Shown piece by piece: positions 31,748 through 42,164 of a stretch of 64,000 nt of DNA (position 1 is its first letter; each line of letters begins with the position of its first letter). Origin of the DNA: a bacterium (GTDB taxonomy: Bacteria > Patescibacteriota > Saccharimonadia > UBA4664); assembly GCA_016699105.1 (NCBI GenBank), contig CP064960.1, forward strand, positions 328,727-392,726, written 5' to 3'. Below the pieces are notes generated by a model, which was given only the letters and a program-made list of their open reading frames with translations, ran no database searches and was not told where the DNA came from. A program made the translations under genes and the position numbers.

Positions 31748-33055
31748 CTAGGCGGAAAACCCGATGGTTTGGGGGACGAAGTACGACAAATTGTTGGTAA
31801 CAATGGCGTTTGCGTCGCCACGGCTTTCGCGGATTCCGCAGCCGTAAGGTTCGCAGTCGATTGCCCACAGCCCCAATACAGGGTAGTGAAACTCCTCGGT
31901 CAGCGGGTTCAGATAGGCCGGTGGTGCGGCTAGTGCCTGCACAATCGAACCTTCCTTACCATACCGGCCAGGCATACTAACAACTACTTCGCCGTTACGA
32001 ATCACGGTGAGGCTGGCGCCTTCGCGCGAGAATATGGGCTTAATGACATAATTGTCGTCATTGAAGCCCAGCGGCATCTCGTCTTGGAAATAGCTTGGTA
32101 GGAGGTATTTACCATACCTTGAGTCGGTACCAAACAGCTTCCAGAGCACTGGCAGCATGGCCTTGTTGCTCCAGAGTAGCTTGTAGTACGGTTCGATCCA
32201 GGCTGTGCCACCGTTCGGGCCGACTCCCCGGACGATGTCGTCCACGAGTGGCTTACCAAAATTATCGGCAAAGGTCATTTCCCACGGATAGAGGGCAAAG
32301 ACCACGTCGAGATGTTGACCGGTCGGGGCATAGAACCGCCCGTCCTGGTCGCTGCGGACAATGTCCTCCATCCAAATGAGCTGGACCTCATAACCTGCCT
32401 GTCGGCAGGTGTCCATGAGGTACGCCACGTTGAGCAGGTCTTCGCCCGAGTCATCCCAATTGGACGGTGCGAACCAGACAATAGGTTTGTAGCCCAGACG
32501 GGCTTCTACCATGGCCAGGTTGCGTTGCCACGCGGCAATGAGTGCCTCGTGCAGACCATTCCATTGATCCTTGGCTTCAAGTCGCGTCTTCAGTTCCTCG
32601 AACCACTGCCACTGAGTGAGAGCAGATTCGGGGAGACTAGTAGGTGTCTGAGCATTGAACTCATAGAGCTTTGGCACGAGCAGTGTAGGATCACGTTCGG
32701 CTGCTGCGCACGCTCCACCATAGCGGATGTCGAAGCGACTATAAACGCTGGGCGATGTGCCATCGAAGTCGAGCCATGAGTGCTCGACGGCTTTCTGGGC
32801 CCACGGCGGAATGCCGAAACGTTCCCAGAGACCAGATTCAAGTACGTGGTCACCAGCTTCGATGTACATTTCGATAAGGTCAGCGACTGTCTGTTCGAGC
32901 ATTGTCACTTCCTCACTCGTGAACTGATAGTGACCGCCGACATCAAAGTACGAAACCATTTTGCCACTCGGCAATTCGGTCTGGAAATAGGGCAGCCCCT
33001 GACGGAGCTTTTCTTCCCAGTCTGGCCAGTCTGGCGCACTGAATATGCGTTGCAT
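31748..33055 (-). CDS. glutathionylspermidine synthase-like ATP-grasp protein (YgiC/YjfC family)
   Basis: 435 aa. 'WFAPSNWDDSGEDLLNVAYLMDTCRQAGY' and 'YVIKPIFSREGASLTVIRNGEV' resemble the GspS pre-ATP-grasp family. Confidence 0.65.
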   Translation of the reverse strand: MQRIFSAPDWPDWEEKLRQGLPYFQTELPSGKMVSYFDVGGHYQFTSEEVTMLEQTVADLIEMYIEAGDHVLESGLWERFGIPPWAQKAVEHSWLDFDGTSPSVYSRFDIRYGGACAAAERDPTLLVPKLYEFNAQTPTSLPESALTQWQWFEELKTRLEAKDQWNGLHEALIAAWQRNLAMVEARLGYKPIVWFAPSNWDDSGEDLLNVAYLMDTCRQAGYEVQLIWMEDIVRSDQDGRFYAPTGQHLDVVFALYPWEMTFADNFGKPLVDDIVRGVGPNGGTAWIEPYYKLLWSNKAMLPVLWKLFGTDSRYGKYLLPSYFQDEMPLGFNDDNYVIKPIFSREGASLTVIRNGEVVVSMPGRYGKEGSIVQALAAPPAYLNPLTEEFHYPVLGLWAIDCEPYGCGIRESRGDANAIVTNNLSYFVPQTIGFSA

Positions 33056-33101
33056 TTAGGGCTCCTTCGCTAGTATGAAGACAAGTTGGATTAGATAATC
33101 G

Positions 33102-33569
33102 TCAGCTGCCTCCACCAGCGTGGCCGCCGCCGGCATTGCCGGCATTGCCACCGCCGAAACCACCGAATCCACCCTTGGCACCACTACCAGCACCAGATGC
33201 GGCGCGGATGCCGGTGCCGAAACCGCCAGAACTACCCTTGACTACGCCCGTCGCTGGCAGTCCAGCATTCGTGCGGGCGGCCTGGTCAGACACTCTGATG
33301 GACCTGCCGTTCGAATACGGCACGACATAACCCTTGGGATACGAGGAGTGGCTTCCACCATGTCCGATCCACAAAATGTGGGTACTGTCGTTGGCGTCGG
33401 TACAGTCGTCTGGGTCATCAACCTCTCCGGTGCGCTGATCGATGCAGTAGACGTAGTCGTCGTCTTGGGGATCGACAGCGGGGCTTGAGCTTCCGCAGCC
33501 GGTCAGACTTTCGGTAATGAGGGCTGCAGCTACAGCCCAATACAGAGGTGCTCTTCTCTTGAGACTCAT
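33102..33569 (-). CDS. Gly-rich lipoprotein
   Basis: Signal peptide with lipobox 'LTGC', then a long Gly/Ala/Ser-rich tail. Confidence 0.55.
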   Translation of the reverse strand: MSLKRRAPLYWAVAAALITESLTGCGSSSPAVDPQDDDYVYCIDQRTGEVDDPDDCTDANDSTHILWIGHGGSHSSYPKGYVVPYSNGRSIRVSDQAARTNAGLPATGVVKGSSGGFGTGIRAASGAGSGAKGGFGGFGGGNAGNAGGGHAGGGS

Positions 33570-33907
33570 CTGGTCCGATCTCCAATCGGTATAGATTGTC
33601 AAGGATTCACTTGTATCGAGCTAGCGGATGCCAGCTCGGGTCCATTAGTTGCGCGAACGAACAGGCCCGAACCGATCCCTTGGGGGCAATATCATAGCCT
33701 ATCCAGATATAAATCAGATACGTGAAATACGATAGTATATAAATGCTATTTTGTCAATTTACTCGTAATAGTACAAAGGTCATGAACTAATTCCGTAGAC
33801 AGAGCGTGGGTACGAAAAAGCGGTCAAGCGCATGTGGCTTAACCGCTAGGGTGGGGAGTCCGATCATCTCCCGCCTGCCCTTTGTCATCTCCGTACTACC
33901 AGAGTGT

Positions 33908-34489
33908 TCAGGAAACGCGTCGTGCACGCTCCGCATCGGCGACGGGACGGACTTGTTCGACCAACGCTACCAATTGGTCCTCCTCGAATTGCTGTTTCTG
34001 GCGATTGCGGTCTTGGTACCGGCTGAGGTGGCTACGCACCTCGGCACGCACCTCGCGATTGTCCGCATTGGTGTAGAGGGTGTATGCGACGATGTAGATT
34101 TTGCGGAAGAGCGGGCCATGAGACTCGCTCGCCGTGGTGAAGGCGTGAGACAGTTCGTGGATGAGTGTCTCCGTTTCGTCCCATCGGCCCAGTCGAGCGT
34201 CTACCCAGACTCGGCGGGAGTGAGGCCGGCCGCGGTGGTCATCACGTGACCAGCAGAGACCGAGGTAGCCTTTGTGGACAGAGTTGTCGACTAAGACATC
34301 ATAGATTTTTGCTTCCCAGGCCGGGCTGTCCAAGTGGTGGGCGACCCATCGGACATGCGCCTCGATGCTCGCGATGATCTCGGGAGTGAGGTCGGCGTTG
34401 TTGGCCAATCGAAATCGATGGTGCTCCCGTCGGGTGCTCGGTTTGGTGTCCCGTGCGGGACCGAATAGGAAGTCAAACAAACGGCCCAT
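33908..34489 (-). CDS. putative zinc metalloprotease (HExxH)
   Basis: The 'LIHELSHAF' HEXXH motif is the only evidence. Confidence 0.4.
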   Translation of the reverse strand: MGRLFDFLFGPARDTKPSTRREHHRFRLANNADLTPEIIASIEAHVRWVAHHLDSPAWEAKIYDVLVDNSVHKGYLGLCWSRDDHRGRPHSRRVWVDARLGRWDETETLIHELSHAFTTASESHGPLFRKIYIVAYTLYTNADNREVRAEVRSHLSRYQDRNRQKQQFEEDQLVALVEQVRPVADAERARRVS

Positions 34490-34622
34490 CGGGACGCCTT
34501 TCGCTCGAAGGGGGTACTCAGATGAGTTTATATATTATAGCACATAAAGCTTAATAATGCAATGTTATTGACCGTGTTGAGGCTGGCCAAGGCATAAGTT
34601 TACGGGTATAATGGCCGGGTTC

Positions 34623-34712
34623 GGAGAGGTCGCATAGTGGCCGAGTGCGCTCGCTTGGAAAGCGGGTATGGGGGCAACTCCATCGAGGGTTCGAATCCCT
34701 CCCTCTCCGCCA
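34623..34712 (+). tRNA. tRNA-Ser (anticodon GGA)
   Basis: Acceptor GGAGAGG/CCTCTCC, discriminator G, genomically encoded CCA, anticodon loop TTGGAAA, long variable arm (class II), T-arm GAGGGTTCGAATCCCTC. Confidence 0.85.
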
Positions 34713-34729
34713 GGAATTATAATGATTGT

Positions 34730-35362
34730 ATGAAAAAACGGCGGGTCATCATTGCTCACGGCTGGAATGACGGCAGTACCAACCAATGGCTCAATTGGTT
34801 GGCTCGTGAGTTGACTGCGCGCGGGTATGAGGTGGTGCAGCCGGTATTTTCGACGGTGCATGTGCCAAATCCCCAGAAGTGGCTGGCGGAATTGGCGGCC
34901 GCTGCCGGCGAACTCGATCAGCAGACGGTGATTGTTGGTTATTCACTCGGAGTACCGACGGTGTTGCGCTACCTGCATGATTATCAGCCATCGGTGCGGA
35001 TAGCTGGATTGGTGTTGGTAGCTGGTTTTGGCGATGGCGTTGGTGGGCGGCCGGCAGCTTTGTTTGCTCCGCCACTCGATTGGGAGCGGTTGCAGAGGCG
35101 GTCGCGGTCGCGCATCTGTATATATGCGGATAATGATTACTTGGTGGCGCCTCATCGCTCCCAGGAGCTGGCGCGCAATTTGGCCGCTCGGGAAATATTG
35201 GTGGTTGGAGGCGGGCATTTGATTGGGATGCCCATTTGGCCAGGTAGTCTCAAACAATTTCCGGCTGTGCTGACAGCATTGGAAGATTGCTACACGTGGA
35301 GCGCCCGCCGGTGGTGGTATGATGTTCGTCTATGGATGAAGCTGCATTTAAGCAAAAATTGA
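34730..35362 (+). CDS. alpha/beta hydrolase (YdeN/RBBP9-like serine hydrolase)
   Basis: 'VIIAHGW', nucleophile elbow 'GYSLG', ~210 aa. Start taken at the ATG after the tRNA. Confidence 0.6.
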   Translation: MKKRRVIIAHGWNDGSTNQWLNWLARELTARGYEVVQPVFSTVHVPNPQKWLAELAAAAGELDQQTVIVGYSLGVPTVLRYLHDYQPSVRIAGLVLVAGFGDGVGGRPAALFAPPLDWERLQRRSRSRICIYADNDYLVAPHRSQELARNLAAREILVVGGGHLIGMPIWPGSLKQFPAVLTALEDCYTWSARRWWYDVRLWMKLHLSKN

Positions 35363-35727
35363 CGCCGGAACAGTACCGAGTATTGCGCGAAAAGGGGACC
35401 GAAGCACCCGGATCGGGCAAATATGTTGATACCTTTGATGATGGTATGTATCATTGTGCTGCTTGTGGCCAGGCGTTGTTTTCGAGCGATGCAAAATATG
35501 AGAGTACGACTCCGGGGTTGGTGGGTTGGCCGGCGTTTTCAGATTTGGCGAGCAATGAAGCAGTACATTTGCAGTCAGATGACGCTTTGGGGATGCAACG
35601 CACCGAAGTGACATGTTCACAATGTGGCTCGCATCTGGGGCATTTTTTTGAAGGAGATCCGGCTGCTCCGAACGGCAAACATTATTGCATCAATTCGTGT
35701 GCTTTGGATTTTCAGGCCGAAAAATAG
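35332..35727 (+). CDS. msrB: peptide-methionine (R)-S-oxide reductase MsrB
   Basis: 'HCAACGQALFSS', 'CSQCGSHLGHFFEGDP', 'YCINSCAL' are the SelR motifs with both CxxC pairs. Confidence 0.85.
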   Translation: MDEAAFKQKLTPEQYRVLREKGTEAPGSGKYVDTFDDGMYHCAACGQALFSSDAKYESTTPGLVGWPAFSDLASNEAVHLQSDDALGMQRTEVTCSQCGSHLGHFFEGDPAAPNGKHYCINSCALDFQAEK

Positions 35728-36636
35728 GTGGACCAGCAGGATCTCAAGGTTTTTCGAGCTAAAGTTTGGGCTTTTTATCATGAATATGGGCGCCATGATT
35801 TGCCGTGGCGGGTTGATACCTCGCCATATTCGGTGCTGGTGAGCGAAGTCATGTTGCTGCAACAAACCCAAGTATCGCGGGTTATAGGCAAGTACGCTGA
35901 GTGGATGAAAACGTTTCCAGATATGCATAGCTTGGCAGGGGCAAGCGGTACTGACGTACTTGGAACATGGCAGGGCTTGGGTTATAACCGGCGGGGTTTG
36001 TGGTTGCGGGAAGCGGCCCGGCGGGTGGTGTCAGATTATGACGGGCATTTGCCTGGTGATCCGACTGAGTTGGTGAAATTGCCGGGAATTGGGCCGAATA
36101 CGGCTGGAAGTATTGCGGCCTTTGCATATAACCGGCCGGTGGTGTTTATTGAGACTAATATTCGGCGGGTGTTTATTCATGAGTTTTTTGGAGGAAGCTC
36201 CGATGTGACTTCGACTGGTCGGCGAACGCTACCCGTGACTTTACCTGAAGTATTTTCAGAACCTACACCGACTGGCGTCTCAGTCACACCTAATGCTTTA
36301 CTTCATATTTCAGATGAACAGCTCAAACCTTTTATCGAAGCGACGCTCGATCACGAGCATCCGCGAGAGTGGTACTGGGCGCTGATGGATTATGGAGCTG
36401 ATTTGGTCAAAAAAGTGACCGATCCGAACCGCCAAAGCCGGCATTTTGCCAAACAATCCAAGTTCGAAGGCAGTGCGCGGCAAATTCGCGGCGAAGTATT
36501 GCGACGGCTGCTTGATGGACCAAAGCGACGCTCGGCGTTGGAAATAGACGATGAGCGCTTGGAACGTGTACTGGAAGGTTTGGCCAACGATGGACTCATT
36601 GAGCAGATACAAGGTACGTGGAGCTTGGTGAAATAG
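35728..36636 (+). CDS. HhH-GPD base-excision DNA glycosylase (MutY/Nth-like), no 4Fe-4S cysteine cluster seen
   Basis: 'LPGIGPNTAGSIAAFAY' HhH-GPD motif. No C-x6-C-x2-C-x5-C signature. Confidence 0.65.
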   Translation: MDQQDLKVFRAKVWAFYHEYGRHDLPWRVDTSPYSVLVSEVMLLQQTQVSRVIGKYAEWMKTFPDMHSLAGASGTDVLGTWQGLGYNRRGLWLREAARRVVSDYDGHLPGDPTELVKLPGIGPNTAGSIAAFAYNRPVVFIETNIRRVFIHEFFGGSSDVTSTGRRTLPVTLPEVFSEPTPTGVSVTPNALLHISDEQLKPFIEATLDHEHPREWYWALMDYGADLVKKVTDPNRQSRHFAKQSKFEGSARQIRGEVLRRLLDGPKRRSALEIDDERLERVLEGLANDGLIEQIQGTWSLVK

Positions 36637-36673
36637 AGCTGCCCCATCCGGATAAACCAGATGGGGCACGTAA

Positions 36674-36929
36674 TCAGTGATCAGATTGATACTCAAGCAA
36701 CTGGAGTAGAGTGCGGTATCTTTCTCTAAACTCCTTGTCATTGGCTGCCCGAATCTTCTCAATAAGCATCTCGAGGTTTTCGGGGCTGGTGTGTTTAGCA
36801 AATTCATCGATGGCGGTTTGGGCAGCTTGGCGAATGAACTCAGAGGCGGTAGTGCCAGTCAAAGCTGCAACAGCTTCAATAGCAGCCTTAAAATCCGGTT
36901 CTGCTCGAAAGGTTACAACGACCTTCATC
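36674..36929 (-). CDS. ribbon-helix-helix (CopG/antitoxin-like) protein
   Basis: 'MKVVVTFRAEPDFKAAIEAVAALTG' beta-strand plus helix. Confidence 0.45.
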
Positions 36930-36947
36930 GTCAGTCTCCCTTTTGAT

Positions 36948-37088
36948 CTATGATTGGTAGAATATACTGAGAGCCTGCAGGCTGTCTGCGCGTTTGGCTT
37001 CGTATTGTTCTTGGGTGGCGGCAATTAAAGCCATAGCTTTGAGTGCGTCGTTGAGATCAGTGGGCATGCGCATCGTAAAAGTAGCCAT
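36948..37088 (-). CDS. small ribbon-helix-helix protein
   Basis: 'MATFTMRMPTDLNDALKA' RHH N-terminus, 46 aa. Confidence 0.4.
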   Translation of the reverse strand: MATFTMRMPTDLNDALKAMALIAATQEQYEAKRADSLQALSIFYQS

Positions 37089-37177
37089 TCCATGACTCCT
37101 TTGCTCGATAGTCGTTATCAAAGTTCGATGCGCTCGCGAGTATATCACACTCCAAACCACAATGATAAGATGAGCGC

Positions 37178-38197
37178 ATGACAAAACCAGACCTAAAATT
37201 TGAATCACTCCACTCACATACCACCCTTAGTGATGGGGTAATGAAACATGGTGAGGTGCTGGCGGCGGCTGAAGCCTTGGGGGTAGGCGTAATAGGTTTT
37301 GCGGATCATGATGCCTTGCCCGACCAGGAGGCGCTGGCGGCGGTGCGCGCCTATGCGGGGCCGGTGCAATGGACGCTGGGAGTAGAACTTTCCAGCTATG
37401 TGCCCGCGTCTGTCGGAGGACCGGAACGAGGCGCCGTCCACATTTTAGGTCTGTTTGTAGATATCCAAAATCGCGCTTTGGTGGAGTTTTGTGCAGCAGC
37501 CGAAGCCAGCCGGCTGGACCGGATGAAAGCCTATGTGAAGCATTTGCAAAGTTTGGGTTTTGTAATCAGTGAAGCTGATGTGTTGGCAGTAGCGCCCAGT
37601 AAGAATATTGCCAGCCCGCATATGGTCAAAGCTTTGGCACTGCATACTGATAATAAAGTGGTGATGGCCCGGATCGAACGCGAGTTTCGGGAGGCGGCGG
37701 CCCATGATGATGTATTGGCGACGAAACTGGCCCAAACATTAGCTGATGGGCCAAACCAGTGGCCCTATACGCTGTTTATGGGGTCGAGATCGTTTCGGCC
37801 GGCGCCAGTGGTGAAGTCGAGTGCGCTGCTGCCGTATGAAGATTCGGTGAAATTGATCAGGGCGGCAGGTGGGCTGGCAGTGGCGGCCCATTGGTATCTG
37901 GAGCCTGATAAAATGACCGAAGCTGATCTGGAAGCGGTGATCAAAGCTGGTGGGTTAGACGGCATCGAAATTGAAGTCGAAAACGTGATCAATGATCGCG
38001 ATTTGACCGACGGGGCGATTGCCAGCCGAAAGTTGGTGGACCGCTATGGTTTGATACCGACTTGGGGCTCTGATAGCCATACCCGGGCGGATCTGGAAGC
38101 TTTTGTAAAATCGCATGTGGCACAAGACAGTATTGGTCAAACGGCTCGGTTGTTGGAACGACATGATGTGAGTCTGCGCTGGAGCCATCTGCACTAG
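37178..38197 (+). CDS. PHP-family metal-dependent phosphoesterase
   Basis: 'LHSHTTLSDG', 'FADHD'. Confidence 0.65.
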   Translation: MTKPDLKFESLHSHTTLSDGVMKHGEVLAAAEALGVGVIGFADHDALPDQEALAAVRAYAGPVQWTLGVELSSYVPASVGGPERGAVHILGLFVDIQNRALVEFCAAAEASRLDRMKAYVKHLQSLGFVISEADVLAVAPSKNIASPHMVKALALHTDNKVVMARIEREFREAAAHDDVLATKLAQTLADGPNQWPYTLFMGSRSFRPAPVVKSSALLPYEDSVKLIRAAGGLAVAAHWYLEPDKMTEADLEAVIKAGGLDGIEIEVENVINDRDLTDGAIASRKLVDRYGLIPTWGSDSHTRADLEAFVKSHVAQDSIGQTARLLERHDVSLRWSHLH

Positions 38198-38217
38198 TTT
38201 GGTACAATGCCGGCCAG

Positions 38218-38718
38218 GTGAGCACCTTTCGATCCGATATTAAGGGGTACGACATGGAGCCAACGACTGTAAGTGCTTGGTCATATCTTGATGAACTGGT
38301 GAGTAGCGTTCCGGGACTTGAAGAGGCTGTAGTGCGCTATCAGCAACTGAGACTCCAACAATTGGGCCGGGAGCAACCGGGAATGTCATATCTTGATTGG
38401 CCAGACTCCGAAATAGCCCAAATGACTGTTGGAGAAGGTGGATTGATGCAGACACTTATTGACGAATTGGCTGGACGTCAGTTTGAGCAACCAGCTGATG
38501 AAGTTACACATTTGATTGCCCGAATGTTTGTGAATTTGGCCAAAATTCAAGCGGCAATGCGGGCGGTAACTGATGCCGAGCCAAGTATTCGTCGCTTGGT
38601 CTCAGATCGTTTATTTGGACACGTGCAGAGGTTGGTGGTGCGTTGGTCAATACATCAATGCCCAGATCCAGATTGCCTTGGTGGTTGTCGACCGCCGTTT
38701 CGGGACATTTATAATTAA
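38218..38718 (+). CDS. hypothetical protein
   Basis: 166-aa ORF with no recognisable motifs. Confidence 0.4.
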   Translation: MSTFRSDIKGYDMEPTTVSAWSYLDELVSSVPGLEEAVVRYQQLRLQQLGREQPGMSYLDWPDSEIAQMTVGEGGLMQTLIDELAGRQFEQPADEVTHLIARMFVNLAKIQAAMRAVTDAEPSIRRLVSDRLFGHVQRLVVRWSIHQCPDPDCLGGCRPPFRDIYN

Positions 38719-38788
38719 GGGCTGGGTGACGGAATTGGTACATTCGCATTTTGTTCGCAAGATCTGATGGCGGGCGTATAATACAGAT

Positions 38789-40570
38789 ATGGATGAAGTG
38801 GCAGAGGTCAAAGCGCGCTTGGAAATAACCGAAGTGGTGTCGGGCTATTTGCCATTGAAACAAGCGGGTCGCAATCTCAAGGCGCCGTGCCCGTTTCACG
38901 AAGAAAAATCGGCTAGTTTTATGGTCAGCCCCGAGAAGGGCATTTATCATTGCTTCGGTTGTGGCGAGGGTGGCGATATCTTCAATTTTGTCATGAAAAT
39001 GGAAGGCCTGGACTTCCGGTCGGCTTTGGAACTTTTGGCGCGCAAGGCTGGAATTGAGCTTAAGGCTAAATCGGGTGAAGGTCGTCAGGTTCAAAAACTA
39101 CGCGACCGGTTGCTGGCGGCTCATGCTCTGGCGCTGCGCTATTATCAAGCGACGCTGATCAAGAACACTAAAGCGCTCGAGTATGTGCGTAAACAACGGG
39201 GCCTCGACAAAGAGACTATTCGAGATTTTGGCATCGGCTATGCGCCCGATAGTTGGGAGGCCTTGAGTCACTTTTTGCTCGGACAAGGTTTCACCCAACG
39301 GGAATTATTGCAGGGCGGACTGGCTGGTCAAAAAGAAGGCCGGACGACTGTGTACGACATGTTTCGGGGCCGGATTATGTTTCCAATTTGTGACCGCGAT
39401 GGGCGGCCGATCGGATTTACCGCCCGGGTGCTTGATGATGGATTGCCGAAGTATCTGAACACCCCACAGACGCCGCTGTATGACAAATCGCAGGCAATTT
39501 ATGGGCTTCATTTGGCTAAAGCAGACATTCGGACGACCAATGAAGTGGTGTTGGTGGAAGGCAATATGGCTGTGGTGGCCAGTCATCAGGCGGGCGTGCG
39601 ACAAGTAGTGGCGGCCAGCGGTACGGCCTTAACGCTGGAACAACTGCGGTCATTGAGTAAATTGACCAAGACGGTGAAGCTGGCTTTTGATAGTGATCGG
39701 GCGGGGTTGGCAGCCACTGAGCGAGCGATTGATTTAGGTCAGAAACTGGGTTTGACCTTGCGAATGGTGGTACTGCCGGACGGCATCAAAGATGCTGATG
39801 AGCTCATCAAGGCTCAGGGGGCAGAGGCGTGGTCAGCGGCCATAGCCAATGCTCAATACATTGTAGATTATTTGTTTGAGCGGTTTGAGCGCGACTTTGA
39901 TCTAGCGTCGGCGATGGGTAAAAGGGGTTATACCGATCGACTGGTCGGGACGCTGCAACGGCTCGGTGACCCGGTCGAGCAAGACCATTACATCAAGCTC
40001 TTGGCCGAAAAAACAGGGGTAGCCGAAGCGGCGGTCCGGGCAAAAGTGGAAGGTAAAGCAAAGGTTGCTTCCGACAATACCGATGCGTCGGTGTCCCGGG
40101 TCGATGAAGCTTCGGCTCGTCGGGCGGTTGAGCAAGTGAGTGGCAAACGCGGCGTCAGACAGCAGCACGAAGATCTACTACTCGGATTGACGTTACTGAT
40201 GCCAGGCGTGCGAGCATGCCTAACCGATCTGCAATCGGCTGATTTTTCGCATGCTCCGGCGCGGGCGGTATTTGATGCGCTGCGTAAGCATCGGGCGCTG
40301 GCTGGTGAGAAGTTGGTTGAAAAAATGGCGGAAGCGGAAAATTACGCCAAAGGACTATTGCTGGTGGCCGAAGAGGAATTTGGCGGGATTGAAGAATTGC
40401 CCTTGCAACAGCAGGCTTTTGAACTGGCTCGCACCGTCTTGCTCGAAGCTAATGCTGAGCACAAAAATCGCTTGAGTGCGGAGATCAGATCGGCTGAAGC
40501 GAGTGGTAACGATGCCTTAAAAACCGAATTGTTACGGGAATTTCAGCGCATTATTGAATCCGAAGCTTAA
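38789..40570 (+). CDS. dnaG: DNA primase DnaG
   Basis: Zinc ribbon 'CPFHEEKSASFMVSPEKGIYHCFGCGEGGD', TOPRIM 'VVLVEGNMAV...DSDRAG'. Confidence 0.9.
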   Translation: MDEVAEVKARLEITEVVSGYLPLKQAGRNLKAPCPFHEEKSASFMVSPEKGIYHCFGCGEGGDIFNFVMKMEGLDFRSALELLARKAGIELKAKSGEGRQVQKLRDRLLAAHALALRYYQATLIKNTKALEYVRKQRGLDKETIRDFGIGYAPDSWEALSHFLLGQGFTQRELLQGGLAGQKEGRTTVYDMFRGRIMFPICDRDGRPIGFTARVLDDGLPKYLNTPQTPLYDKSQAIYGLHLAKADIRTTNEVVLVEGNMAVVASHQAGVRQVVAASGTALTLEQLRSLSKLTKTVKLAFDSDRAGLAATERAIDLGQKLGLTLRMVVLPDGIKDADELIKAQGAEAWSAAIANAQYIVDYLFERFERDFDLASAMGKRGYTDRLVGTLQRLGDPVEQDHYIKLLAEKTGVAEAAVRAKVEGKAKVASDNTDASVSRVDEASARRAVEQVSGKRGVRQQHEDLLLGLTLLMPGVRACLTDLQSADFSHAPARAVFDALRKHRALAGEKLVEKMAEAENYAKGLLLVAEEEFGGIEELPLQQQAFELARTVLLEANAEHKNRLSAEIRSAEASGNDALKTELLREFQRIIESEA

Positions 40571-40595
40571 TTACTCGATCTTTGCCCCCGGCATT

Positions 40596-40624
40596 TTTGA
40601 CAATTTGGCGTTTTTTGCGTAAGA
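40596..40624 (+). promoter_or_regulatory. candidate sigma70 promoter upstream of rpoD
   Basis: TTGACA-N17-TAAGAT. Confidence 0.4.
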
Positions 40625-40832
40625 TATAGCTATCTGGGATAAGCAGGGGTTCGCTGACCTTATCTCTGGCAGACCGCAGGACGTTAGACTTCCTGAATGA
40701 CGGCTGCACGCGACATACGAACTGGTTCAACATTTATAGATATCATATTTAACGACAGACGCGTGATAGCAGGGGAATGGGCTATGCGCGCGCTTCGTGC
40801 ATAACCACACGTTTTATTAAGAGGAGTAGATT

Positions 40833-41941
40833 TTGGCAAAAGCAGCGCCAGTACCAGAAGATCAAGAAGCCAGGACCGGGGCAGCCTATACCCCGGAGGT
40901 TGAGCGATTAATTACCAAGGGTAAAGAACAAGGCTATGTCACACAGCAAGAAATTGCTGCTGCCATGCCAGAAGCCGAGGAAAATCTCGAAGAGCTCGAC
41001 GAGCTGTATGGCGCGTTGGCCGAGCAGGGTGTGGAAGTAACCGATCAAAAAGACGCCCTCATCTGGGATAAAGACGACGAAGAGCCCATTGATACCAGCG
41101 AAGATTACATCAAGGATATTGCGGACGATAGTGTGCGGCTGTATCTGCGGAAATCGGTAAGATTCCGCTCCTTACCAGTGAGCAAGAAGTCACTTTAGCG
41201 AAGCGCATCGAAGCCGGCGACAAAGCCGCCAAGATGCTATGGCCGAAGCCAATATGCGTTTGGTGGTCAGTATTGCCAAAAGTACATTGGCCGTGGGTTA
41301 GACCTGCTTGATCTGATTCAAGAAGGTAACACTGGATTGCTGCGCGCCGTCGAAAAGTTTGATTACTCCAAAGGATTCAAGTTTTCGACCTACGCTACCT
41401 GGTGGATTCGCCAAGCTATTACCCGGGCGATTGCCGACCAAGCCCGAACCATTCGTATTCCGGTGCATATGGTAGAAACCATAAACAAATTGATCCGGAC
41501 CCAGCGTCGGTTGGTGCAAGAACTCGGTCGTGAGCCGCTGCCTGAGAAATTGCCGCCGAGATGGAAATGGACGTCGATAAGGTCAACCATATCCTCAAGA
41601 TTAAACAAGACATCGTGTCGCTCGAAGCCCCAGTTGGTGAAGAAGAAGATTCCCAACTGGGTGACTTTATTGCTGACGAAGATTCGTTGACGCCGGAAGA
41701 AGCCGCCACGCACCAGTTGCTCAAAGAGCACGTTAATCAGGTGTTAGCGCTACTGACGCCGCGCGAACAAAAAATCTTGCGCATGCGCTTTGGTCTCGAA
41801 GATGGCCGCTCGCATACCTTGGAAGAGGTGGGCCAGGAGTTTGGTGTTACCCGTGAGCGTATCCGGCAGATTGAGGCCAAAGCCTTAGCCAAACTGCGCA
41901 AGCACCGCGAGAGCAAGAAACTCCGCGATTATTTGCGGTAG
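40833..41941 (+). CDS. rpoD: RNA polymerase sigma-70 factor RpoD, at least three apparent frameshifts
   Basis: Region 2 '[54 protein letters not shown]', region 4 '[26 protein letters not shown]'. The acidic region-1 N-terminus lies in ORF 40833-41198. Confidence 0.8.
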
Positions 41942-42164
41942 GGTGGTGAAGAATGTCACAGATTTAGGCGGTGGTGTTTGATTTCTATGGGGTGATCTCT
42001 GCGCTATTATATTGGCTGGTGATTGCCGAGATTGTTGGCTTGTTCGATGAGCAGATAGTGTCATCGGAGGTGAGGCAGACTAAACCTGACCCGACTCAAC
42101 TGCGACGCGAATTTGGGTAACTAGAAGTGATTCCATCTGGTCGCTGATGCGGTAAGATGGTGGT

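Noticed and set aside
38504-39094. 196-aa minus-strand ORF
   Set aside because: Lies antisense to the well-supported dnaG N-terminus and 38218-38718 gene. No motifs.
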